Assembly (NCBI GenBank): GCA_045837725.1
Contig: JBEWZL010000109.1
Span: 426,408 to 446,407, forward strand
Direction of reading: 5' to 3'
DNA: 20,000 nt
DNA from: Vermamoeba vermiformis
Lineage: Eukaryota
Position 1 is the stretch's first letter. The number at the start of each line of letters is the position of its first letter. The notes beneath the pieces were generated by a model that was not told where the DNA came from, did not search any database, and saw only the letters and a list, made by a program, of their open reading frames with translations. Position numbers and translations under genes: made by a program. Of the stretch, positions 10,201 to 20,000 are shown piece after piece.

Positions 10201-11714
10201 GATCGCCAGCTTCTTTTCCAAAATCGGACCGATTGACTTTGTTTGACTGAGCTTGAGGTACTCGTCTTGAAAGTTGATGAATTCCAACCACAACTTAACA
10301 CTAGAAGTGTTGTTGCGTGTCTTTTGATTGTACTCCTCGTTCTTTTTCGCAAAGTACTCGCTGAGTGACTCAGACGGAGCGTCTTCTCGCCTGTAATCGT
10401 CGTCACCCACCGGAATAAAATCAGTTTGGCTCGCGATTTCTGCGTGATTGGCTGGTGTTCGTGCCACTCGGATAAGATCCTTGTCACGTGCTCGCAACTC
10501 TTTTCTGGTTCCGTAGTAGTATCGGACAGGATTTGTCGTGCCGTCAATTCTATTGATCAGCACAAAGCCTGTATTGTCTCGAGAAAACTCAACACGGAAG
10601 CACTCCGGCAATCCCAAGACCTACAATAGAAAGAGAACAAAAATTAGGCTATTTCTTATTTGGGAAGTCGTGCACTCACGTGTCTATTCCGATGGTACCG
10701 TGGTGTTTGGCCAGTATAAATGCGTCCTTGTAATAGCAAATTCTTGTCTGCTCGGTCATCAAAGTAGTAGGGCCGATCAGATCTGTAAATATACATTAGT
10801 GCTGTCTTATAATAGAACAAGGGTACGTACAATTCGGCACGCCATTCGTTAGCTATGGGATGATCTTTCGTAATCTCGCTAACTTTCATTCGCTTGCTTT
10901 TACTCCTTCGCTTCTCTTTTTTATCTCTTCTTTTTCGCTTTTTGCTCTTTTTGTCTTTATCCTTCTCACTGGTCTCTTTACTTTTCGCTTCGGTCACGGG
11001 AGCTGACACGGCCGATGAACTATAGCTGTCACTGTCACTATCGCTGTCCTCTTCGTCGCTTGATATGTATTGTGGTAAATATGGAAATGCTGGCATCTGT
11101 GGAGGTAGTAAAGGTGGTAGAGGTACTTCGTTAGGGGCATTGGTTGCGTCAGCTGGTTTCTCAAAGAAATCCGCTGCCTTGGGCTTCTTTTTCTTTTTTC
11201 CTCCACTCGCGCTGTCTTCTTCGCTTTGAGTAGGTCGAGGCGGTGGTGGAAATAAAATGGGCACTAAAAAAGGGTTAGGAACGAGATCGGAGACGCGTGT
11301 CAAGTACGAACCGTTAAAGCTCTTATTTGTTAGCCAATCTGTGTTATTGGCGTCAACAGTGATGGATTGCTATAATGCTGTATTAGTAACACGTTAGCGA
11401 GACAATGTAAAGGACTTACTTGAGGTGGCGGCCCAGTGATCGGGAACAGAGGTGCAGAAGGAAGGGCAGACTTAGGAATAAATTAATAAACTAGCAAATA
11501 ATTATGGAGCAACAGTTCTACATTTAATTTTCTTATTTCGGGCTTTTTGATAATTTAATTAATATTTTGCTATTTTTATGAAGATCCAGATCTCTAAACT
11601 GAGGTGTTTTTGCATTGATAGCTCTATTTGATGGGCCTCTAAATTTATCTAATTTTTGAGACTTACAGTTATCGGAAACAATGGTTTGAAAGGTGGCAGC
11701 TGTTGATCTCCCAT
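7239..11714 (-). CDS. NRDE2: NRDE2 homolog (nuclear exosome/MTR4-associated, splicing and nuclear RNAi factor; HAT repeats), multi-exon
   Basis: N-terminal LFP motifs, WLTNKSF and a K/R-rich segment, followed by YYFDDRADK, KLWLEFINFQDE, ILEKKLAIYQRALQYNPANEELL, ERQAGFTERGFALLQ, FWDAEVPRFGEKDAKGW, EQDPEAVVLFDDIRGFLF, and C-terminal RGVFFRALRNVPWCKAMW...MNEKELRLR. All traced introns are GT-AG. The start exon (MGDQQLPPFKPLFPIT) is inferred. Confidence 0.92.
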
Positions 11715-11905
11715 TGCAAACGTCTAATACGTGGCTATTTTATATAAACATGATAAATAATAATAATATAACAAATTAAGTTCGCCGGAGTTGTTGACTT
11801 TGTTTTTCACAAATAACGAAAATTCAAAGCGAAAGATCGCGGCCGAACACTCCCAAGCACTAACATTCTAAACCTATTTTTATGCACACTCAACTATACA
11901 CCAGA

Positions 11906-13012
11906 TTATAGCAATCGTCTGCCAGTGGCCTCTTCGCCCAGAGCTTGGTTCTTGGCTGGATTTGGTCGCAGTTCGTAGTTCGTAATTATAATGTCTCGGT
12001 TGACCTAACGACTAATATTAATATCATCTCTTATCTAACATTGAATATAATATGTTACTTACAGGAGTATATTCACCCTTCAAACCGATATAATAAATGA
12101 CAGTCTCATCAGCGCCATGATTGCTCGGAATGTACATCGTAATATTGCTCAAATTGGAGTATTTAGGACCCCTTAATGATATGACGGTTAGGTAAATCGC
12201 TTAACAATACTGAAACATGACGTTCAAGATAAAAGAGGTCGTCTGCATAAGAATATTTTTGTAAAGATCTGTTGTCCGCGTACAGACTTAAATGCCTGCA
12301 TATATTCTGCACTTACTTGGTAGGATACTCGAGCTTTCCATCAAAATTCTCAGCGAGGTCGAATTCTCCAGCAGGTTTTACGTCCCTTACATTATCAAAA
12401 TCAATGTCCTCGCGATTCGTAAAGCTAAAAAGCGAGATTAACAATGGAATAATATATAACTCTAGTAGCACTTACATCTTGACCTTGTTCGGGCTCGTTC
12501 CTTCAGGTCCTCCAATAATGCAAAAATTTTTCAATTTTACTACTCCAGTAAAACTGATGACCGGTCATGTTAGCATGTTAATAGGCCTTAAATATTTTTT
12601 AAATACATACGGAATAAATATGATGAGTTCTTCGTCGGCCAGAGAGCGAACAGACTGAAGTAAAAATAATTAGTTATTTGCAATTTATTTTATTTTTCAT
12701 AATGCTCAATTTGCAGCCTACTTACGATAGTTTTATCAAGCTTTTGTGCGTAAGATTTAAATATTTTCTTTGCTGAGCCTACTTCTGCTTCGTTCAAACA
12801 TCGCACTTGCATGTTGTTAATGTGACTATAGATAATTTATTAGCACGTATACAACACTTCAAATAGCGCATTGGGTGGCAATTATGTCACGCAGTTGTAG
12901 TATTGCGATCGACACGTCAAACTTACTTGTACAACGAGAATTCCACTGCATTGCAATCATTTGAACATTTGTGGCCGGCTTTGCCGTGGCCAGGATCATC
13001 GTGGTCTGCCAT
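11906..13012 (-). CDS. PITHD1: PITH domain-containing protein 1 (proteasome-interacting thioredoxin domain), 7 exons; not captured by the ORF track
   Basis: Spliced translation MADHDDPGHGKAGHKCSNDC...SLYNHINNMQVRCLNEAEVGSAKKIFKSY...SLADEELIIFIPFTGVVKLKNFCIIGGPEGTSPNKVKIFTNREDIDFD...LEYPTKGPKYSNLSNITMYIPSNHGADETVIYYIGLKGEYTPVNRDIIITNYELRPNP matches PITHD1 hallmarks. Confidence 0.93.
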
Positions 13013-13181
13013 GTTGATTTAATAACAAAATAGTAGTCTTGGGCAGCGCTGAAGAAAAAGACCGAAAAATTCTGTTTTGCGGACTACGAAAATTTGCCGA
13101 CTTTTTTGGAGCAGCAAAAACGGCCACCGGGCCACCCGTTATCATTTTTTCAGTCCTGTTACCACAACTAGCATCAATATA
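13013..13181. promoter_or_regulatory. Probable bidirectional promoter between PITHD1 and RAE1
   Basis: Head-to-head ATGs only 169 nt apart; contains tandem GGCCACC (about 13122-13136). Function is inferred from geometry. Confidence 0.6.
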
Positions 13182-14676
13182 ATGTACGGCTCATCAAACC
13201 ATAACCCTAACAGAGATATTGAGGTCGCATCTCCACCAAACGACTGCATCTCTCAAATTCTTTGGAGTCCTAGAGCCAACTTTATTGCTGCATCCTCATG
13301 GGATAATAGCGTAAGTGTTTGGACAGCTCATTGATCCATTCAGCTTGGATCGTGAGCTTACTGACATTTTAAAAATAATTAAATATTTTTATTATCGCTT
13401 CCTCGCTCCAAATTAATAATTAAAAATAATACAACGAATGCACATAATTTAATATAAATTATTAGGTTCGCTGCTGGGAGGTGCAAGCTTCTGGACAGAC
13501 AGTACCAAAAGGCTCCATTAACCATCAAGCACCAGCCTTATGCTGCACGTGGAGTGGTGTAAGTAATATATTATTCATCATAGAATCAATATCTAATAAA
13601 TACAGGATGGCGCCAAAATTTTCTCAGGAGGTTGCGATAATAAAGCGATCGGCTGGGATTTGCAGACCGGTCAAAGTATGCCAGTTGGTGAGGTAAGATT
13701 ATCGCTATTAATGATCGTAACAACGCTAATTATTATACTAATAGCACCAAGGCCCAATCAAAATTATTGGATGGGTCGAAGAAATGAAAATGCTTGTCAC
13801 AGGAAGCTGGGACAAAACAGTAAAATATTGGGACCTGAGGACTAACAACCCCGTGGGCACACGTAAGTAATTTGTTATACGAAATTAAAATTTACAACCA
13901 CGAGCGCGTACAGTACGCGATGCGCAGATCCTTAGGATCGCTAACCCTATTGTAGTTATGCTGCCTGAACGTGCATATTGTGCGGACTTCTCGTATCCCT
14001 TGGCAGTCATTTGCACTGCCGAAAGACACATTGGTGTGATTGATCTTACAAAGCCAGACAAGTTCTACAGAGTAAGTCCATTGCTTCTTTTAACATTGTG
14101 CACGATAATAATCGCTTATTTTTAGACTTTCCAATCCCCTTTAAAATACCAGAGCCGTTCAATTGCGTGCTTCCCGGATAAAACTGGTTTTGCGTTGGGT
14201 TCGATTGAAGGAAGAGTCGCGATCCACCATGTGGAAGAAAAAGACAACGTGTACGTACAATACACAATGCTTGTGTTCCTAAAACTATATTTACTAATTC
14301 CCTTTACTTTAGTAAAAACTTCGCCTTCAAGTGCCACCGCGAAAACAATGGCACGGAAATATTTGCAGTGAACGCTCTTGCGTTCAACAAACAGTTTGGC
14401 ACATTTGCCACGTGCGGTTCAGACGGTTCCTATCACTTTTGGGATAAGGACAGCAAGACGCGCTTAAAGGCTTTCCAACGCTGCAGTCTGCCGGTCACAA
14501 GTGCCGCCTTTAACGGAGACGGCACTATTTTTGCTTATTCTATTGGCTACGATTGGAGCAAGGGCGCCGAGTACTATAACCCGAACACCATGAAGAATTA
14601 CATCTTGCTACACGCAGTGCAAGAGGCTGAAGTGAAGGCACGCGGTGGTCAAAACACCAATCAGCGAAGAAAATAA
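13182..14676 (+). CDS. RAE1: mRNA export factor RAE1/Gle2 (WD40), 7 exons
   Basis: [117 protein letters not shown]. These motifs fit RAE1 better than BUB3. Confidence 0.96.
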
Positions 14677-14886
14677 GTCTTCGATAACTTATTTAACCAT
14701 GTAATTCGTATGTTAATAATACTTTTGTAGTAAAATTACTGTTTTGTAAAGCAAAATGTTGCATACGACAGTCGTTGCAAGTCATGACTTAATCGCAGTT
14801 AAGTCACGCTCCAATAATTTTTGGTCACACAAGGCAAACGCGGCTGCATAAAATTTCTAGAGCATAATAACAAACAAGGATCAACA

Positions 14887-16162
14887 ATGTTTGCTAATAA
14901 AATCGATTTGTCGTTCTTGGACGCTCCTACCACTGAGGAGGTTCACGATGTAGAACAAGAGGATTTGTTTCAAGACACAGGCTTTACTTTGCCTCTTTCT
15001 CACCTTAATGAGGTAAATATTATTTTTTAAAAATATATGCGATGTTATTTAATGGCTATTAGCATTGAAAATTGATTTTGAATCTGAAAAATTTTTCGTA
15101 AGCAAACTAATAATTTGATTTCAGCCCAAGAGCTTCTTGAAATTTAAGAAGAATGATAAATATACTACAGAAAACGGTATTAAATTTGCCCACGGTACCA
15201 CTACTCTTGGCTTCGTTTTCCAAGGAGGAATCATCATCGCAGTCGATTCACGTTCGACCATGGGATCTTATATTGGTAAGTATCTATTCATATCCCAGCA
15301 CTCTAAAAATATTTTCACGTATATTAGTGACGAATTTTTTGATTAATTTTGAATTTTTTTCAGCCAGTCAAAGTGTAAAGAAAGTTATTGAAATCAACCC
15401 TTATTTGTTGGGTACTATGGCCGGAGGTGCTGCTGATTGCTCATTTTGGGAACGCGAATTGGGTCGTAGATGCCGTTTATACGAATTAAGGTGAGTTAGG
15501 CAGATCCAATATGCACGTTACGAGCAATTATTAATCACTATTCCTCGTGCTTAGAAACAAAGAACGAATTAGCGTCTCTTCAGCCTCAAAGATCTTAGCC
15601 AATATTACTTATTCTTACAGAAACCAAGGCCTCAGTATGGGTACTATGATTGCTGGTTGGGATAAGACAGTATGTGACCCGAAAACTCACTTGGCCGAGC
15701 TGATACTCATATATTTTTATTGCAATAGGGTCCTAACTTGTTCTATGTCGATGATGACGGCACTCGTTTGAAGGGTAACAAGTTCTCAGTCGGATCTGGA
15801 TCAACGTTCGCTTATGGTGTTTTGGACACTGGCTACAGTTACGATCTTTCTGTAAGTATTGAACGTAGCATTGATTTTATAGTGCTTGGTACCTAGTATA
15901 TGAAGCGTATCTATTTATTGATATAACCTTATTCTCGTGTTTGTAGTAACGTTGCGGATCTGGATGTTGACTCGTGTTTGTTTTGTAGGTTGAAGACGCT
16001 ATTGAGCTTGGTCGTCGTTCTATTTACCACGCTACTCACCGCGACGCCTACTCTGGTGGTATTATCAACGTCTATCACGTCCACGAGAACGGTTGGACCA
16101 AGATCTCTGCCGACGATTGCACTGATCTGTTCTACGCTAAATACGGTCGCATTACTGTGTAA
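14887..16162 (+). CDS. PSMB5: 20S proteasome subunit beta type-5 (chymotrypsin-like), 6 exons
   Basis: Propeptide then [87 protein letters not shown]. Catalytic Thr1 is intact. Confidence 0.98.
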
Positions 16163-16426
16163 TTATGCACGATGTATATTTAAATACATAGTAATGTCAA
16201 GGCTGGTCGTACAAGTCAGATTTCGTTTGTGTCGTCGAGCTAAATCCGTTTGACTTTGTTAAATCTTGTAATAAATCCTTCTTAAACACCAATACATTTT
16301 TACATATGGGTGCTCTAGCAGCACGTTTGTGTTTATCTCGTGTTGAGCTGAGTTGATAAATGACTTGGGCGGCAATTCCGTTTTATTATTTTATTTTGTG
16401 AGCCAAGTCGACAACGATTAAGCAAG

Positions 16427-16530
16427 GTGAGTAATAATCATAGAAACAGCTGGGCTATTCATAACATGATAACTGTAGTTTACTGGCGCGAAAGCGCGCA
16501 CGATCGGTAACTGATCAATTATTTCTGCAG
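16427..16530 (+). other. Probable 5'-UTR intron of the CARMIL-like gene
   Basis: AAG|GTGAGT donor, CTGAT branch-like motif and TTTCTGCAG acceptor ending 6 nt before the ATG at 16537. No ATG in the short upstream exon. Confidence 0.6.
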
Positions 16531-16536
16531 GACAAG

Positions 16537-19500
16537 ATGGCCGACGAGGTGACTGGTCCTTCGCCACGCGGTGGTCCCGAGGACTTGAAACCTTCAGAGA
16601 AGAGTAAGTATTGGCCAGAAGAATGAGCAAAGACCGCATCCTTACTCGCCAACGAAATATTGAATTAAATACGCCATACGCTAATATTAAATTTTGCAGA
16701 ATTTGTAGATGAAAAATTAGCATCCCACAATGAAGAGGATAGATTAGTTATGCGTTTGACATTTTTGAAAGGCAAAAAAAGAAAAAGAGAGGAGAGATTG
16801 CTCGTGATCGGCACTTACAGACTCTATGTATTTAAAGGCACAAAGGTAATTAATGCACTAAAATATTATATTGATAATATACGGTGCACACGGCGCGGAG
16901 ATGATATCCATTGAAAATTTCAGTTTGACTGCATCAGCAAAACGAAAATCACTATTGAATCAAATGAGTTAATATCATGCGGAATTATTATAATTATAAA
17001 TAATACGTGACGGACAAGTAATTCCATGTTTTTGCAAACGCATCGGTTCCGAAAATAATCGCAACGGTTACTTTTTCAATAGGTAATTCGCAAGTTCTAA
17101 TTTACTTTATAATAGTGCACTGATGAGCTTCATTTATTGGACTTGGAGGAGATCAGCATCCCTGCGGAAAATGAGGTATGATTCGGATTCCAATTCCGAA
17201 ATTCATGTAAAGTATAGGAAAGCCATTTAATATTGCCTATACTCAATTATCATACTTTACATTCAATTGGAGGCCTATTTGTGTCATTAATTTTGTTTTC
17301 GAACGCTGGCTGAAATTTCTTGAAGACACGCAGCACCGCACAAAATCTATCAATTAATATCGCTATAATAATTTATTATTATTTGCAGATTTGCTTTAAA
17401 TTCAAAGGCGACATTTTGTTGAGCTTTGTAACACGAAGCATTGACGAGTTGATTCAACGAACTTCAAAAAGTTTTAATAAGTGCTTCCCAACTGTCCCCG
17501 AGGAATATCAATTCAAAATTCTGCGCGATAAAGAGTACGTCATAGTATATATATTTTAACAATTTTTAATCTCGCATACGATAAATTTTTTCAACGTAAT
17601 CTTTTCCTAAATTTGGTAAATCGAGAAAAAAACTCCCGTCTAACAATAACTGCCAGGCCAGTGAAAATTAAACGAAGTGCTACGATGAATATTGGAAGCT
17701 GTGGAGGATTTGTTAAGACTTATAAGGCAGTTTGTGATTATTTAGGGCTGCCCGTACGTCAAGATCTATGTTGGGACGTTGAAAATATTTTATTGTTCGG
17801 AAACATTCACGAATTCAATATGATGGATTATTTCTACGGAAAGGCACGTGCAATTTGAATTCTGAAGTTATAATTCTTCCGCTAACATTTTTTTTTTGAT
17901 TTTTATTACAGGATACAGTGACACTTAGCGAATTGAAGCCGTTGACTATCTCTTTAGAACACAACGTGTGGTTTACTTCGTTTATATCTAGCCACAAGGT
18001 ACGTCTATTGTTAAGAGTCCCGAGGACTTTTGATAATTACGTGACTGACACGTGCTCGGTAGATTGGTGCTGAAGGCGTGCAATGCGTAACACCCTTAGT
18101 GCAGTTCAACTCGCGCATGGAGACATTAATTTTGAAGCAAACTGGTTGCAATAAGCCTCAAATATGGGAAGCTTTTGGCGAGGCGTTGAGCAAGAACAAA
18201 TATTTGGCTATTTCGACACTCGATCTTTCAGGCAATCCCATCGAAGTACGTCATATTTATATGCTTACTTAAATATCTAACGTTATTATAGGACGCGGGC
18301 ATGGTTAAAATTGCTAGTGCTATTCAACAATGGAGATGTCCGTTGCGATATTTGGACGTGTCAAACACCGGTCTCAGCAAGCACGGCCTCGGCAATATTT
18401 TGGCCTCTATCGCTGGCAATCAAAATGTTTACACGACCATTGAATACTTGAACGTTGGTGACAATAAGGTACTGTTACAAATGCTTCTGGTGCTATGTAT
18501 ACTAATATTTTGTGTTAAGGGTATCGTCGATTCTGATGTCACAAAGGCCTTGACGGATCTTATGAACAAGACCAAGAATTTGAAGACTTTGATCTTGAAG
18601 AACACGCAGCTCAGTGGCTGGGTTGAAATTAAATTGTGCAGCTCGTTGACTAGTTTGGACATTAGTGGCAACAGAATTATGGAAGGTGAAGCTTACAGCG
18701 TAGCTGCTGCGATTGCCCCTGCTAGCACAAACCTTAAACGTAAGTTTCCCGGTATTTATAATTACACTAAAACGGGCTAATCATTACATTAGTACTCAAC
18801 TTGTCAAACACAATGGCCTCAGCTACAGTTATCAATCAAATTGCCGCCACGTGCTCAGCAGTCCAATCACTAAATCTCGCGGATAACGAGCTTGGAGACG
18901 ACGGATTGATCGCTGTTTGCGAGTGCTTAAAACAGAACAAAAACTTGAAAGAGTTGAGTCTCGACAGAAACTGGGTTCATAAGAGCAAGAACAGTACGTT
19001 AAATACGCATAATATTATTAGGACCAGCTCTAATTTTCTATGTTAGGACAACGTGCCATTGAAAGTTTAATTTCATTGGTCACTGCTCAAGCAAACAACA
19101 CGCCATCAATTAAGATCTTGTTGATGGCTGGCAGTGTCAAGAACAAATCACAACTCAAAGAAGAAATTAGACCTTTTATTTTGGCTTTGATGGGTGACAC
19201 GAGCCTGGAGACTCTTGACGTGTCCGGTCAAGGCATGGGTGATGTCGGGGCCTTGGCTCTTTCCAAAACACTTCAAACCGATCCCAACTTGCGACGCGTT
19301 GTCGTCGATGAGAACGGCATTACCATTGTGGGCTTCAAGGTCCTCGTTAATTCGTTGGAGCGAAATTTCCACTTGTCGTCATTGCCTATCCCCATCGCTG
19401 ACATTATGAAGATCGTTGCGAACAACACTGAAAAACAACGTGATGTTTCACAACTGCTCGAACAATTGGAGTACAAACTTCGAACCAACGAGCAACGACT

Positions 19501-20000
19501 ATCTGACGAGTACGTAGCGCCCTTAGTAATAACTGTATATGGTCCTAACGATAGGTTTTGTAGGGACGCTGCCGACGAGGCTGAAACAGAACCTTCATCG
19601 CTTGATGACAGTGACGGCAGCATGACAGCTAGAGCTCGCAAGACACGAAGTCAATCATACTTCCCTCGTTTGAAGCCTGTCTCAGGACCCAACAGCAACT
19701 CAAGCACGAGTGGCGAGTACCCGAGTCTGCGACCTGATCCTCGTCGAGAACAACGAAGACGACCGAGCGAGAAGCAACTTAACAAAGGGTCACTCAACCC
19801 TCGTATTTTGGCACAACAATCGGCTTCGCAAGGTAGCTCACCTAACGGCCGTGATAAAGATAGCAACACTTTGCGTGATCGAGGCGAGCGGTAAGTACTG
19901 CTTGAAGGCAGCGTTGTACGGTGCTAATGTTTGTACCCTCAGAAGTAACACACTGGGCGGAGATCAAGACCGACCGGCCGTGCCCGCTCTCAAGCTCGAT
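16537..20000 (+). CDS. CARMIL/LRRC16-like protein (non-canonical PH domain, linker, RI-like LRRs, low-complexity tail); 3' end off window
   Basis: PH: KREERLLVIGTYRLYVFK...DELHLLDLEEI. Linker: GSCGGFVKTYKAVCDYLGLPVRQDLCWDVENI, then ISLEHNVWFTS. LRRs include LDLSGNPIEDAG and SLETLDVSGQGMGDVGALALSKTLQTDPNLRRVVVDENGITIVGF, then SLPIPIADI. A CPI motif is not seen inside the window. Confidence 0.88.
17844..17911 (+). other. Non-canonical GC-AG intron
   Basis: AAG|GCACGT donor, GCTAAC branch, T-tract and TACAG acceptor. This junction keeps YFYGK-DTVTLSELKPL in frame; the nearest GT (17848) frameshifts. Confidence 0.85.

Noticed and set aside
8927-10852. Plus-strand ORFs of 67-130 aa, and similar antisense ORFs at 12272-12658 and 19148-19869
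   Set aside because: Shadows of real exons on the opposite strand, most with non-ATG starts.
12172-12316. Possible intronic snoRNA in a longer PITHD1 intron (also considered for 16846-17115)
   Set aside because: Only short stems; no properly placed C/D or H/ACA boxes and no recognisable rRNA complementarity.
12873-12882. PACE-like GGTGGCAAT in PITHD1 intron 1
   Set aside because: Imperfect single match; Rpn4 is fungal and no match lies upstream of PSMB5.
1-20000. CRISPR arrays, transposase/RT/Fanzor ORFs, recoded stops or selenocysteine
   Set aside because: No spaced repeat array or mobile-element motifs. In the gene models I traced, in-frame stops fall inside introns, so no recoding is needed.

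Overview
Compact, AT-rich, intron-dense eukaryotic nuclear DNA: standard code, mostly ~45-270 nt GT-AG introns with GTAAGT/GTACGT donors and CTAAY-like branch points, and mostly <250 nt between genes. Gene content suggests a protist, probably amoebozoan (inference only). Nine spliced protein genes were traced by hand. Left part (accessory): two paralogous F-box genes with a degenerate ankyrin-like C-terminus (<1-1191 and 5391-7143, minus). Between them lie an LRR/internal F-box/unknown-domain gene (1286-4039), a small PH-like gene (4276-4771) and an unexplained, extensively base-paired ~300-nt plus-strand element (5004-5301) that looks like a structured ncRNA gene. Right part (conserved): NRDE2, PITHD1, RAE1, proteasome beta5 (PSMB5) and a CARMIL-like PH-LRR gene running off the window. 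Best leads: the candidate ncRNA, a 120-nt near-identical tract between the diverged F-box paralogs, the LRR-F-box gene with a 1.8-kb intronless exon, and splicing oddities in the CARMIL-like gene. All structures and alignments were read by eye; no searches were run.
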